A stretch of 52,365 nt of DNA from Candidatus Pacearchaeota archaeon (GCA_016866955.1 VGKT01000003.1:1-52365); one strand, 5' to 3'. Positions 22,967 through 34,400 are shown, numbered from the stretch's first letter. Numbers and translations: made by a program. Notes: generated by a model not told the origin, from the sequence alone.

Positions 22967-25860
22967 CTCCTGAACGTATGCAACAACTTACGTTAGGGAA
23001 GTTTGCTCCTGAGCGAGTGTTGACCAGTGAAGGGAAAAACCCGTTCCATTTTGATATTTTTGGCAATCCAATCAATTGGATGAGTGATGATGTCAAATTA
23101 ACAGATGATATGGGTAAGGTCGTGTTTACGCAGCCTGGAGTGAAACGTCCTGATTTTTGGAGTGCGCTGGCAATTAAAGTAGTGGCGAATAAATATTTCT
23201 GGGGGGATATGCTTAAAGGAGAGCGAGAAAGTAGTGTTGAACAGTTAATTGGACGTGTTGCACGATTTATCCGTCGACAAGCCATTAAACAAGGGTATTT
23301 CAATGAAACGCAAGCACAAGTATTACATGATGAAATTATTGCTATTTGTTTGAATCAACTTGCTGTCTTTAACTCTCCTGTCTGGTTTAATGTAGGAGTA
23401 CAAGAATATCATCCGGGTGCGGGAGGAGTAAGTGCCTGGAAATGGGATGCTCAGAGCGATACGATTGTTCCTGCTCTCAAAACTGATGATCGCCCTCAAT
23501 GTTCTGCCTGTTTCATCCAGAGTATTCAAGACACCATGGAATCAATCATGGAAGTACAAGTTGCAGAATCGAATTTGTTTAAGGCAGGTTCAGGTACTGG
23601 AACTAATCGTTCTCCTTTGCGTAGTAGTCGAGAAAAAGTAACGGGTGGAGGAAAAGCTTCTGGTCCTTTATCGTTCATGAAAGGTTATGATGCCTATGCG
23701 GGAGTCATTAAGTCAGGTGGAAAGACTCGTCGTGCTGCGAAAATGGAAATTTTGAATGTTGACCATCCTGATATTATGGACTTTATCCTTGCGAAACAAA
23801 CTGAAGAGAAAAAAGCCTGGGCATTGATTGAACAAGGCTATTCAGGAGGCATGAATGGAGATGCATATGGAAGTGTCCTCTTCCAAAACTCAAACATGTC
23901 TGTGCGTGTGAATGATGAATTTATGGTTGCTGCTCAACAAGGAGGAGAATGGTGGACTAAAATGGTAAAAACAGGTGAACCTTGTGAGAAACATCCCGCA
24001 AAAGAGATCATGGCGAAAATTGCAGAGGGAACCTGGCTCTGTGGAGACCCCGGTATGCAATATGATACCACGATTAACAAATGGCACACCTGTAAAAACA
24101 CTTCTCGTATTAATGCAAGTAATCCTTGTTCGGAATATATGTTCGTGGACGATAGTGCTTGTAATCTTGCAAGTATCAATTTAATGAAATTCCGAAAAGA
24201 AGATGGAACGTTCGATGTTGCACGGTACAAACAGGTTGTGAAAGTATTGGCTATCTGTATGGATCTCTTGGTTGATGGAAGTAGTTATCCAACCTCTAAG
24301 ATTTGTCGTAATAGCCGCGATTACCGCCCTCTCGGTATTGGTTATGCTAATTTGGGTGCTTTGCTGATGAGCTGGGGCTTGCCTTATGATTCTGATGAAG
24401 GACGAGCAGTTGCTGCGGCAATTACCGCTATTATGTGTGGAGAAGCATATTTGATTTCATCTGAACTTGCTTCATTGGTTGGTCCGTTCCCTGGATTCCA
24501 GAAAAATAAGGAACCGATGCTCGAAGTAATGAAAATGCATCGTGATGCAGTAAAAAGTATTGATGTGGCAAAAATGCCTGTCTTCCTTCGTGATTTAACG
24601 AATCATGCCTGGGATAGCTGGAGTGATGCTGTTGAAATAGGTACGCACTTTGGATTCCGTAATGCACAAATGACGGTACTTGCTCCAACAGGAACCATTG
24701 CCTTTATGATGGACTGTGACACAACCGGTGTTGAACCAGATATAGCTTTGGTTAAGTACAAAGTCTTGAGCGGAGGGGGAATGTTAAAGATAGTGAATCG
24801 TTCAGTGCCTCTTGCCTTGCGTACCCTGGGCTATTCTGAAGATGCAATTACACGCATTATTAATTTTATTGATAAACAAGACACTATTGAAGGGGCCCCT
24901 GATTTACGAGCCGAACATCTTGCGGTATTTGATTGTGCCTTTAAACCTGCAAAGGGAACGCGTAGTATCCATTGGTCAGGACATGTAAAGATGATGGCTG
25001 GTGGACAACCATTTATTTCAGGAGCAATTAGTAAAACCGTTAATTTACCTGAAACATCTACCAGTGCAGATATTGCTGAAGCATATACCTTGTCTTGGCA
25101 ACTTGGTTTGAAAGCAGTTGCTATTTATCGTGAAAATTCTAAGCGTTCTCAACCATTGAATACAAAGAAGACTGAAGGAGAAATGGTGAAGAAGGAAGCA
25201 GTTACCCAACCAGTACAAGTGGTTAAACTTGAGCGAAAGAAGATGCCTCAAACACGTCAAGCAATTACACACCGATTTGAAATTGCAGGACATGAAGGCT
25301 ATATTACAATTGGACTTTATGACGACGGTAAACCAGGAGAATTATTCTTAACAATGCATAAAGTAGGAAGTACGGTGAATGGACTGGTTGATGCTTGGGC
25401 AACTTCCATTTCCTTGAACTTGCAATATGGTATTCCAGTTGAAGTATTATTCAATAAGTTCCGTCATCAAAAGTTCGAACCTGCAGGTTTTGTAAAGGGG
25501 GCAGCCATAGGAGAATTGGACAAGAATTATGTCCCCATTCGTACTGCCTCTTCCATTGTAGATTATATTTCTCAATTTATGTTAAGTCGCTTTGGTCCTG
25601 GTGCGGGAGGAATGCAAGTAAATGTTATTCCTGCCAAACCTGAAAGTGTGAAGCAAGCATCCCTTACTGAAGTCCTCGCTGATGAAACTTCATTAAGCGA
25701 TGGTGCTCCTGCGAAAGTAGAAGAACAAGCTTCTCTCAAGACATTCGGCAATGAAGGCCTTGTCTGTCCGCAATGTGGAGGGCCTGCAAAACGCTTAGGT
25801 AATTGTGCAATGGTCTGTACTTCGTGCAAACAAACTACTAGATCGGGTTGTGGGGAATAA
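22963..25860 (+). CDS. nrdJ: Class II (adenosylcobalamin-dependent) ribonucleotide reductase
   Basis: 965 aa. Active-site region NPCSEYMFVDDSACNLASINL and a C-terminal Cys-rich tail (CPQCGGPAKRLGNCAMVCTSCK...GCGE). No intein-sized insertion is apparent. Confidence 0.9.
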   Translation: MTPERMQQLTLGKFAPERVLTSEGKNPFHFDIFGNPINWMSDDVKLTDDMGKVVFTQPGVKRPDFWSALAIKVVANKYFWGDMLKGERESSVEQLIGRVARFIRRQAIKQGYFNETQAQVLHDEIIAICLNQLAVFNSPVWFNVGVQEYHPGAGGVSAWKWDAQSDTIVPALKTDDRPQCSACFIQSIQDTMESIMEVQVAESNLFKAGSGTGTNRSPLRSSREKVTGGGKASGPLSFMKGYDAYAGVIKSGGKTRRAAKMEILNVDHPDIMDFILAKQTEEKKAWALIEQGYSGGMNGDAYGSVLFQNSNMSVRVNDEFMVAAQQGGEWWTKMVKTGEPCEKHPAKEIMAKIAEGTWLCGDPGMQYDTTINKWHTCKNTSRINASNPCSEYMFVDDSACNLASINLMKFRKEDGTFDVARYKQVVKVLAICMDLLVDGSSYPTSKICRNSRDYRPLGIGYANLGALLMSWGLPYDSDEGRAVAAAITAIMCGEAYLISSELASLVGPFPGFQKNKEPMLEVMKMHRDAVKSIDVAKMPVFLRDLTNHAWDSWSDAVEIGTHFGFRNAQMTVLAPTGTIAFMMDCDTTGVEPDIALVKYKVLSGGGMLKIVNRSVPLALRTLGYSEDAITRIINFIDKQDTIEGAPDLRAEHLAVFDCAFKPAKGTRSIHWSGHVKMMAGGQPFISGAISKTVNLPETSTSADIAEAYTLSWQLGLKAVAIYRENSKRSQPLNTKKTEGEMVKKEAVTQPVQVVKLERKKMPQTRQAITHRFEIAGHEGYITIGLYDDGKPGELFLTMHKVGSTVNGLVDAWATSISLNLQYGIPVEVLFNKFRHQKFEPAGFVKGAAIGELDKNYVPIRTASSIVDYISQFMLSRFGPGAGGMQVNVIPAKPESVKQASLTEVLADETSLSDGAPAKVEEQASLKTFGNEGLVCPQCGGPAKRLGNCAMVCTSCKQTTRSGCGE

Positions 25861-25935
25861 TCTCTGAAGACTTTTTCACCTCGATAACTTCCTTTTTGAC
25901 ATAATCTTTAAATACTTCTTAAAATAAAAAAGAAT

Positions 25936-26319
25936 ATGAAGGTGTTTCTCGATAATCATAAGGACAAGATGCTTGCTGTATTCCGTATTGTTGTTGGCTT
26001 GTTGTTTATGGCTCATGGATCACAGAAGTTATTTGGTGATGTTTTTGATCCTACTAGTTTGATGGGTATTGGAGGACTAATTGAATTTGTAGGCGGTTTA
26101 TTGATTGCTGTTGGTTTTTTCACCCATATTGTTTCATTTGTCTGTTCGGGTCAAATGTTTGTAGCTTACTTTATGTTCCATGCTGAGTATAATTTATTCA
26201 GTAGCCCTCTTGCGAATAAAGGAGAACTTGCGTTGTTATACGCTGTTGTATTCCTCTTACTTACCTTCAAAGGACCAGGAGCATGGTCTTTGGATACTTA
26301 CTTAGCGAATCGCAGATAA
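25936..26319 (+). CDS. DoxX family membrane protein
   Basis: 127 aa with four hydrophobic helices. RIVVGLLFMAHGSQKLFG is a typical DoxX N-terminus. A CTTTAAATAC box lies about 27 nt upstream. Confidence 0.7.
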   Translation: MKVFLDNHKDKMLAVFRIVVGLLFMAHGSQKLFGDVFDPTSLMGIGGLIEFVGGLLIAVGFFTHIVSFVCSGQMFVAYFMFHAEYNLFSSPLANKGELALLYAVVFLLLTFKGPGAWSLDTYLANRR

Positions 26320-26322
26320 TTT

Positions 26323-26934
26323 TTAAGGTATTTTTTCTTTTACTAGTGGTACGAATTGTGTGCCCTGATGTTCGGTAATACGATACGAATGTTCGGTGCG
26401 ATTGATTTGCACGAGTTTATCTCCGACTGGACCGAGAATAATGCCCCCTTCCGTAAGTTGCGGAAGAAATCGAAGTAAGGTTTCTACATTCTCTGCCCCT
26501 GCACTTAATAAAATTCTATCAAAAGGGGCTTGTTCGGGAAATCCTTTTTCTCCTGATTTGGCAAAAAGATGAATATTTTTGTACATCTCGAGTCGTTTCA
26601 CAGTACTAAAAGCTACACGAGGATTTATTTCAAGGCCAAATAGTAGTGTAGAAGGATAGGCAGTAGCCAATAACGCCAGGACATATCCTGAACCTGCCCC
26701 AATTTCTACTATTTTTTGGTGTTCTTTCACTTCTAATAAGGTAAGCATTTGAGCAACGATAGAAACCGGAGGGAGGGTTAATCCATGTTCAATGGGTAAT
26801 GCAGTGTCTTCATACACATAAAATCGTACCGTTTGAGGAACGAATAGTTCTCGATCAACGAGCGAGATGGCCTTAACTAAGGGGGAAGGGATACCTAACG
26901 TAACTAATTTTGCTAATAACTCTTGTTTGTTCAT
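26323..26934 (-). CDS. pcm: Protein-L-isoaspartate O-methyltransferase
   Basis: VDRELFVP, the SAM motif VEIGAGSGY, and a length and pattern typical of PIMT. Confidence 0.85.
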   Translation of the reverse strand: MNKQELLAKLVTLGIPSPLVKAISLVDRELFVPQTVRFYVYEDTALPIEHGLTLPPVSIVAQMLTLLEVKEHQKIVEIGAGSGYVLALLATAYPSTLLFGLEINPRVAFSTVKRLEMYKNIHLFAKSGEKGFPEQAPFDRILLSAGAENVETLLRFLPQLTEGGIILGPVGDKLVQINRTEHSYRITEHQGTQFVPLVKEKIP

Positions 26935-27026
26935 ATATTACTAAGAGAGTAGGAGTATAACTAGATATCGAGGATAGTTTTGAGGATTGCATAATGTTTA
27001 AATAATACCAGAAGAAAAAGAGAGAG

Positions 27027-27344
27027 ATGGGTGACGTTCCACACTTCTCGCAAAAAGAGTTTGAAGCTAAAACTGCTAAAGGTAATTGGATTATCGATTT
27101 CTGGGCTGAATGGTGTGGGCCTTGTAAAATTATTGGACCTGAAGTGGAAGCTGCCGCCAAGAAACTTGCCGGAAAGGTATCCGTTGGAAAAGTAAATGTG
27201 GATGAAGAGCAAGATTTAGCTCAGCAGTATGAAGTAATGAGTATTCCTACCTTATTATTCATAAAGAATGGGCAGGTGGTGGATAGAACGGTTGGGGCTT
27301 TAGAATCTGATGAGATTATAGAAAAAGCAGAAGAAGTGTTCTAG
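27027..27344 (+). CDS. trxA: Thioredoxin
   Basis: WAEWCGPCK active site, 105 aa, and a GTTTAAATAA box about 27 nt upstream. Confidence 0.9.
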   Translation: MGDVPHFSQKEFEAKTAKGNWIIDFWAEWCGPCKIIGPEVEAAAKKLAGKVSVGKVNVDEEQDLAQQYEVMSIPTLLFIKNGQVVDRTVGALESDEIIEKAEEVF

Positions 27345-27395
27345 TTTTTTTCAGAGATTAAAAGAGTTTTTAAGGATAACTTGACTTATGCGTAT

Positions 27396-27701
27396 ATGAA
27401 ATATAATAAATTGGTGCGAGATAAAGTACCTGAAATTATTTTGAAAAAAGAAGGTAAAATTCCCATTACCCATATTGCGGCATATGCAGAATACCACGTT
27501 AAATTAATGGAAAAATTACAGGAAGAAGTTGAGCAATTTGCAAAAACCGGGGCAGTTGAAGAATTAATTGATATTTTAGAACTGCTTGATGCAATTATGA
27601 TTGAGAAAAAAATTTCAAAACGAGTGGTGCGTACAGCACAAGAATCGAAAGCGAAAGAACGAGGGAAATTTACTCGTCGTATTATCCTTGATGAAGCCTA
27701 A
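27396..27701 (+). CDS. MazG-like nucleoside triphosphate pyrophosphohydrolase (small all-alpha type)
   Basis: YNKLVRDKVPEII...EEVEQF...EELIDILELLDAI...KERGKF. I prefer the ATG at 27396 over the TTG track start at 27381, based on TATA spacing. Confidence 0.6.
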   Translation: MKYNKLVRDKVPEIILKKEGKIPITHIAAYAEYHVKLMEKLQEEVEQFAKTGAVEELIDILELLDAIMIEKKISKRVVRTAQESKAKERGKFTRRIILDEA

Positions 27702-27730
27702 TATCTCTTCAATTAAGCTTCTAACCAACC

Positions 27731-27738
27731 TTTAAATA
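27731..27738 (+). promoter_or_regulatory. TATA box (TTTAAATA) for tRNA-Lys
   Basis: Centred about 27 nt upstream of the first tRNA base at 27762. Confidence 0.6.
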
Positions 27739-27761
27739 CCGTTTTCTTATTCATTAGTTAC

Positions 27762-27836
27762 GGCCGCGTAGCTCAGCCCGGATAGAGTACAGGACTTTTA
27801 ATCCTGGTGTCGTGGGTTCAAATCCCATCGCGGTCA
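27762..27836 (+). tRNA. tRNA-Lys (anticodon UUU), no encoded CCA, no intron
   Basis: I folded this by hand into a cloverleaf. The acceptor stem is GGCCGCG/CGCGGTC, the D stem GCTC/GAGT, and the anticodon stem CAGGA/TCCTG with loop CTTTTAA. The T stem is GTGGG/CCCAT with loop TTCAAAT, and the discriminator base is A. Confidence 0.9.
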
Positions 27837-27945
27837 TTTTACACCTAATGTCTTTAAATCGTTCTACCAAAAAGGTTTAAAAAGCCACTTTTGCACTCCC
27901 CTATACTCCTCACTTTCGGTTGGGGACCACTATCCGCCCTTTCAT

Positions 27946-28155
27946 ATGCATACCCTACAACCAAAACACCTCAAATTGAAGCAAACCGACGTTAAAGAAT
28001 TACTAGAACAATATAACATTTCTATTTCACAATTACCAAAGATTAAAAGCAATGACCCTGGTTTGCCTGAAGGTTGTCAACATGGTGAAGTTGTCAAGAT
28101 TGAGCGCAAAGATGCGGAAGGAAAAATTAATGTATATTTCAGGGTGGTCGCATAA
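27946..28155 (+). CDS. rpoH: RNA polymerase subunit H (Rpo5)
   Basis: LQPKHLKL...LLEQYNISISQLPKIKSNDP...GEVVKIERK...YFRVV. The TAATG stop/start overlaps rpoB. Confidence 0.85.
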   Translation: MHTLQPKHLKLKQTDVKELLEQYNISISQLPKIKSNDPGLPEGCQHGEVVKIERKDAEGKINVYFRVVA

Positions 28156-31100
28156 TGGCTCTTGCGCAGGATATTCTCATCAAAAAGTATCTTGCGCAAC
28201 ACTCGTTAGTAGAATCGAATATTCTTTCTTTCAATGACTTTATTCAAAATAGAATGCAGACAATTATCCAAGAAGTAAATGCAAGCTTGGACAATGAAGA
28301 AATGGAGATTAAATTGGGCAAGATTCGTCTTGAAAAACCAAATATTATTGAATCAGATGGAAGTAGTAGCGTTATTACTCCTGCAATTGCTCGTTTGAGA
28401 AGCTTAACCTACTCTGCACCCTTATATGTAGAATTGACCGTTAAATTTGATGGTCAATTAGATACTGCAGAAGTAGAAGTGGGACGTATTCCAATTATGG
28501 TTCGCAGTTCATTCTGTACCACCTCCAAGATGGAAGGCTCCCAAATGGAACAGAATTACATGGATCGTTTGGACCCTGGAGGGTATTTCATCATTAACGG
28601 TAATGAACGAGTAATGGTAATGTCAGAAGACCTTGCCGCTAATCAACCATTCATTGAAGAAGGAAGACTTGGATTGACTGTTCGTTTGTTCTCTCAACGT
28701 GGTGCTTATCGTATTCCTTCGACAATTTCTGAAACAAATGAGGGAATTCTTGAACTGACCTTTAGTCGTTTGAAGAATGTTCCATTGATTGTTGTTTTGA
28801 AAGCATTGGGTATGACTAAGGAATCGGATATTGCCCAAGCAATTGGATATGAAAATGATTGTTTGATCGTTAATTTGTACGAATATGCGACCATTCAAGA
28901 ATCTGAAGATGCTTTGTTACATCTTGCTGAAAAAGCAGGAGTACAGGGAACGAAGAAAGAAATCTTGGATAGAATGAAAAATAGAATTGATTCCTATTTA
29001 CTTCCTCATATAGGAACTGAAAAACAAAGTAGAACTGAAAAAGCTTTGACTCTTTGTCGTCTTGTTAACCTCTACCTTCGTGCAAAAGAAAATCCAAACA
29101 TGCGTACTGATAAAGACCATTACGGTAACAAGCGCGTTAAATTGTCTGGAGATTTGTTATCTGATTTATTCCGTGTTAATTTGAGCATTTTAGTTCGAGA
29201 TATCCAATATTCTTTACAAAAAGTTGCAAAACGTAAGAAATTCTATTCTTTGAAGACCATTGCAAAGTCAACGTTATTCACTCATCGTATTGAAAGTGCG
29301 ATTGCTACTGGTAGCTGGATTGGAGAACGTTCAGGAGTTACACAAAACATGGATAAAACAAATTATTTGGCAATGTTATCAGCATTACAAAGAGTTTCGA
29401 GTATGTTACCAGGAGAACAAGAAAACTTCATGGCTCGTACTTTGCATCCTACCCATTACGGTCGTTTCTGTCCTACTGAATCTCCTGAAGGAACTGAAAT
29501 TGGTTTACGTAAAAATCTTGCATTACTCTCTCGTATTTCAACGGCAATTCATTTTGATGAAGCTGCTGTTTTGAAACACTTAATTTCTTTGGGATTGGTA
29601 AAACAAGGAGCAGGTAAGGGTGTCTTCTTTAATGGTCGTTTCGTTGGTTTTGTAGAAAATGCTGACCAATTTGTAAAAAAAGTCCGTCATGCGCGACGTT
29701 CAGGCGATTTCCCGAAGGATATGAGCGTACAATACAATCCTATTCTTGATCAAGTCTTTATTTCTACTGAAGTAGGAAGAGTCTTGCGTCCATTAGTTGT
29801 TGTTGAAAATGGTGCTTCAAAATTACAAGAAGATCATTTACAATTATTGGGTTCTGGTAAAATCCTTTGGTCTGATTTAGTGCGTGAAGGTATTTTAGAA
29901 TATATTGACGCTGCTGAAGAAGAAAATGCACTTGTTGCTGCTAAGAATGATCAAATTACTTCTGAAAATACGCACTTAGAAATTCACCCGATTGATGTGT
30001 TTGGATTGATTACTAGCTTAGTACCTTTCGGTAACCATGACCAGTCTTCTCGTTTGAATAGAGGTAGTAAAACCTTGAAACAGAGTTTAGGCATTTACGC
30101 TGCAAACTACTTAGTACGTCTTGACACGGATGTATCTATCTTACATTATCCACAGAAGCCATTAGTACGTAGCTTCATTTATGATACCTTGGAAGTATAC
30201 CCTGCTGGACAGAATATTGTTGTTGCGATTATGCCATTTGAAGGGTATAATATGGAAGACGCAGTTATCTTGAATAAATCAAGCGTTGATCGCGGTATGG
30301 GCCGAAGTACGTATTTCAGACCATACTCTGCAACTGAATTACATTATGCAGGAGGATTACGCGATGAAATTTGTGTTCCAGATAAAGATGTCGCAGGATA
30401 TCGTCTTGAAAAGTCCTATCGATTTTTGGAAGATGATGGTATTGTATTCCCTGAAGCAAGTATGCATGAAGGAGAAGTATTGATTGGTCGTACTACCCCT
30501 CCAAAGTTCTTAAGTGAAGCAAAAGATTTGAGCATTCAAAGTAAAAAGGAAGCAAGTACTGCTATCCGTCAAGAAGAACAGGGAACTGTTGACGCTGTAT
30601 TTATCACTGCCGACCAAGAAGGTAACAAGATTGCACAAGTACGTACACGTGATCTTCGTTTACCTGAACCAGGAGATAAATTCTCTACTCCTCACGGTCA
30701 GAAAGGAGTTGTTGGTTTAATTGCAGATGGAGAAGATATTCCTTTCACTGCACATGGTGTTCGTCCTGACTTATTGTTTAACCCTCACGGTATTCCAAGC
30801 CGTATGACGGTGGGGTATTTGATCGAATTACTTGCAGGAAAAGCAGGAGCAGTCTCTGGCAAGATCATGGATGGTACTTCTTTCTCTGGCCAAACGGTTG
30901 GACAACTCGAAGAACAATTACGAGAAATGGGCTTCCGCTTTGACGGTAAAGAAACTATGTACAATGGTATCACTGGTAAGAAAATGAATTGTAAAATCTA
31001 TATCGGTAATATGTACTATCTCAAATTGAAGTATATGGTAAAGAATAAGATCCATGCTCGTGCATCAGGTAAAGTAGCGCTCTTGACTCGTCAGCCTATT

Positions 31101-31406
31101 GAAGGACGAGCACGTGGTGGAGCATTACGTCTTGGAGAAATGGAACAACAAGCACTTGCAGGTCATGGGGCCTCTTTATTATTGAAAGAACGTTATGACT
31201 CAGACCGAACTATTATACACATCTGTTCTGCATGTGGTAGTATGGCTTATGAAGATATGATTCGTAATAAGATTGCCTGTTCTATTTGTGGTGGTAGCGA
31301 AGCAGAACCTATTGAAATTTCGTATGCCTTCAAACTCTTGTATGATGAACTCCTTGGATTAGGAGTGCATACTGCATTTGAATTAAAAAACAAATTTGAA
31401 CAATGA
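28155..31406 (+). CDS. rpoB: RNA polymerase subunit B (Rpo2), unsplit
   Basis: 1083 aa. GDKFSTPHGQKGVVG, the LRLGEMEQ region and a C-terminal Zn ribbon (CSACGS...CSICGG). Confidence 0.95.
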   Translation: MALAQDILIKKYLAQHSLVESNILSFNDFIQNRMQTIIQEVNASLDNEEMEIKLGKIRLEKPNIIESDGSSSVITPAIARLRSLTYSAPLYVELTVKFDGQLDTAEVEVGRIPIMVRSSFCTTSKMEGSQMEQNYMDRLDPGGYFIINGNERVMVMSEDLAANQPFIEEGRLGLTVRLFSQRGAYRIPSTISETNEGILELTFSRLKNVPLIVVLKALGMTKESDIAQAIGYENDCLIVNLYEYATIQESEDALLHLAEKAGVQGTKKEILDRMKNRIDSYLLPHIGTEKQSRTEKALTLCRLVNLYLRAKENPNMRTDKDHYGNKRVKLSGDLLSDLFRVNLSILVRDIQYSLQKVAKRKKFYSLKTIAKSTLFTHRIESAIATGSWIGERSGVTQNMDKTNYLAMLSALQRVSSMLPGEQENFMARTLHPTHYGRFCPTESPEGTEIGLRKNLALLSRISTAIHFDEAAVLKHLISLGLVKQGAGKGVFFNGRFVGFVENADQFVKKVRHARRSGDFPKDMSVQYNPILDQVFISTEVGRVLRPLVVVENGASKLQEDHLQLLGSGKILWSDLVREGILEYIDAAEEENALVAAKNDQITSENTHLEIHPIDVFGLITSLVPFGNHDQSSRLNRGSKTLKQSLGIYAANYLVRLDTDVSILHYPQKPLVRSFIYDTLEVYPAGQNIVVAIMPFEGYNMEDAVILNKSSVDRGMGRSTYFRPYSATELHYAGGLRDEICVPDKDVAGYRLEKSYRFLEDDGIVFPEASMHEGEVLIGRTTPPKFLSEAKDLSIQSKKEASTAIRQEEQGTVDAVFITADQEGNKIAQVRTRDLRLPEPGDKFSTPHGQKGVVGLIADGEDIPFTAHGVRPDLLFNPHGIPSRMTVGYLIELLAGKAGAVSGKIMDGTSFSGQTVGQLEEQLREMGFRFDGKETMYNGITGKKMNCKIYIGNMYYLKLKYMVKNKIHARASGKVALLTRQPIEGRARGGALRLGEMEQQALAGHGASLLLKERYDSDRTIIHICSACGSMAYEDMIRNKIACSICGGSEAEPIEISYAFKLLYDELLGLGVHTAFELKNKFEQ

Positions 31407-34400
31407 AAGAACACGGATTTAGAAAACAAGTAAGAAGCCTTCGCTTCAGTTTGCTTAGCCCTGACCAGATTAAGAGAATGAGTTCTGCGAAGATTGTTAC
31501 TCCAGAATTATATGATATTGACGGTTTCCCTGTAGATGGAGGCTTAATGGATCTTCGCTTAGGAGCTATTGATCCAGGAGTACGTTGCAGAACCTGTGGT
31601 CAACGCTTCAAAGAATGTTTGGGACACCCTGGTTGTATTGAACTTGCTCGCCCTCTTCTTCATATTAAATATATTCCTTTAATGGAGTTGTGTTTACGTA
31701 GTTTCTGTTCTAAGTGTGGTAAACTTGCTTTGAGCGATGAAAAAGCTGCAGGTTTAAGCCCTTCTGCTCGTGCAAAGAAAGCACGTGATGCAAAGAAATG
31801 TCCTCATTGTCAAGAAATTCTTGAACGAGTAAAACTTGAAAAGCCAAGTACATTTATGATTGGTAAACGCCGTATGTCCCCTATTGAAGTACGTGAACGA
31901 CTTGTTTTGATTAAAGATGAAGAATTAAAGAAAATCGGTATGAATGCGCGCACTTGCCGTCCTGAATGGGCAGTTCTTTCCCTCTTACTTGTTCCTTCAG
32001 TAACTACTCGTCCAAGTATTACTTTGGACACGGGAGAACGTAGTGAAGACGATTTGACACACAAACTTTCTGATATTATTCGTGCTAACCAACGATTATG
32101 GGAAAACTTGAATGCTGGAGCACCTGAAGTAATCATTGAAGACCTTTGGGACTTGTTACAATATCACGTTACCACGTTCTTTGATAATAACGTCACTCGT
32201 ATTCCTCCTGCACGTCATCGTTCTGGACAACCATTGAAAACAATTACTGAACGTATTAAAGGTAAAGAAGGAAGAATCCGTTTGAACTTAGCAGGTAAAC
32301 GTGTTAACTATTCTGCACGTACTGTCGTTTCGCCTGATCCATTTATTAAAATCAATGAAGTAGGTGTACCATTTGAAGTTGCACGTATTTTGACCGTTGC
32401 TGAATCAGTTACTTCAAATAATTTGGAATCTTTGAAAGAACTCATTAAGAAAGGAGAACAATACCCTGGTGCAAATTATGTTATTCGCCCAGATGGTAAG
32501 AAGAAACGCATTACTGAAGAATTGAAAGCGGAATTATGTACTGAAATTCAACCAGGCTATAAAGTTGAACGACATATACGCGATGGAGATATTGTTCTCT
32601 TTAATCGTCACCCTAGTTTGCACAAACAAAGCTTGATGGCTCATTATGTACGTGTCTTACCTCATCGCACATTTAGATTACACCCTGCTGTGGCCATGCC
32701 TTATAACGCGGACTATGACGGGGACGAAATGAACATTCACAGTCCTCAGACTGAAGAAGCACGTAGTGAAGCAGAAACATTGCTTAACGTAAATGCAAAT
32801 ATCATCTCTTCTAAGAACAATATGAACTTGGTTGGAACTATTGCTGATTCGGTTACAGGAGCATATGTCTTGAGTAAAGCTACCTTGACTAAGTCTGATG
32901 CTGATCAATTGTTATATGCTTCTGGTGTTACAACTGGAGTTAAGAATAAATCTTTGTCAGGTACTGAAGTTTTCAGCCATATTCTTCCTGCAAAATCAGG
33001 TATTACCCTTCCACAGACATTAACTGGTTCAAACTCATTTGGTTCTGAAGATGGAGCATTGGTCAAAGAAGTTGATAGAGACTTTGGACGAGATGTTGCT
33101 GTTGAAACGATTAATCGTGCATTCTTATTGGGCGCTTTGTATCTTGCTCGTTCAGGATATACCCTTTCATTACAAGATTTGAACGTAGATACTAAAGTAA
33201 AGCAAGAAACCGATGAAGTTGTTGCTCGTGCTGAAGAAAAGACAACTGAAATTATCAACAACTATCTTGATGGTACGCTTACCCTTCTTCCTGGTCGTAC
33301 TGCTGAAGAATCTCGTGAAACTGCAATCTTGCAAATCTTGAACGAAGTTCGTACTGAAGCTGGTAAAATCGTTAAATCAAACTTCCCTGTGGATGGTAAT
33401 GTGAATAAGATGATTACTCCTGGGGCAGCTGGAAGTATGTTGAATATTACTCAGATCGGTTGCTGCGTAGGGCAGCAGTCGCTCTGGAATAAGCGTATTA
33501 GCTTTGGTTACTTTGATAGAACACTTTCCTTCTTTAAACGAAAAGACTTGTCTCCTGCTGCACATGGATTCATTAAATCTTCTTTCTTTGAAGGATTGAA
33601 ACCAAGTGAATTCTTCTTTGGAGCAATTACTGGTCGTGACTCGTTAATGGATACTGCATTACGTACGCCTAAATCTGGATACTTATATCGTCGATTAGTA
33701 AGCGCATTACAAGATTTGAAAGTTGAATATGATGGTACCGTTCGTGATGCTTCTGAACATATTGTCCAATTTATGTATGGAGATGATGGAAGAGACGTTT
33801 CACGCTTACACACGAAAGATAACAAAGTTGTTTCAGGAGAAGCAATTGGAGTTATCACTGCACAAAGCTTTGGAGAAGCTTCTACGCAGATGGTTTTGAG
33901 AACGTTCCACAACGCAGGAGTTGCGCAAATGCAGGTTACTTTGGGTCTTCCTCGTCTCGTAGAGATATTCGATGCTCGTAAACAACCAAGTACTCCTTTA
34001 ATGGAAGTCTTCTTGGATAAAGAATATAATAATGAAAAAGAAGCAAAAGTAATTGCTGAAAAGATAAAAGAAGTTCGATTGAAAGAAATTGCTTCTCAGA
34101 TTACTATTGACTTTGGTAATAAGAAAATTGAAATTGAATTAGATAGTAAAGCATTAAAGACTGTTCACCAAGGAGCACAGAAACTTGCAGACAAATTGAC
34201 TGATAAAGGATTAAAGGTAAAAGCAACTGATTTGAAGATCAGTATTAACTTCGGAGATTCGGACTTCAAAGCAATGTATAAATTGAAAGAAAAGTTAAAG
34301 GACACGATTATCTCTGGAGTAAAAGGTATTACGCAAGTTGTTGTTGCAACTCGTGGTAAAGAATATGTTGTTTTGACTGCAGGCAGTAACTTACAAGATG

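Noticed and set aside
22963-25860. I checked the large conserved genes (nrdJ, rpoA, rpoB, EF-2, cdc48, dnaG) for inteins or other large insertions.
   Set aside because: The lengths are at or below typical family sizes. I saw no intein-type blocks, meaning no Cys/Ser-initiated insertion ending in HN followed by Cys/Ser/Thr.
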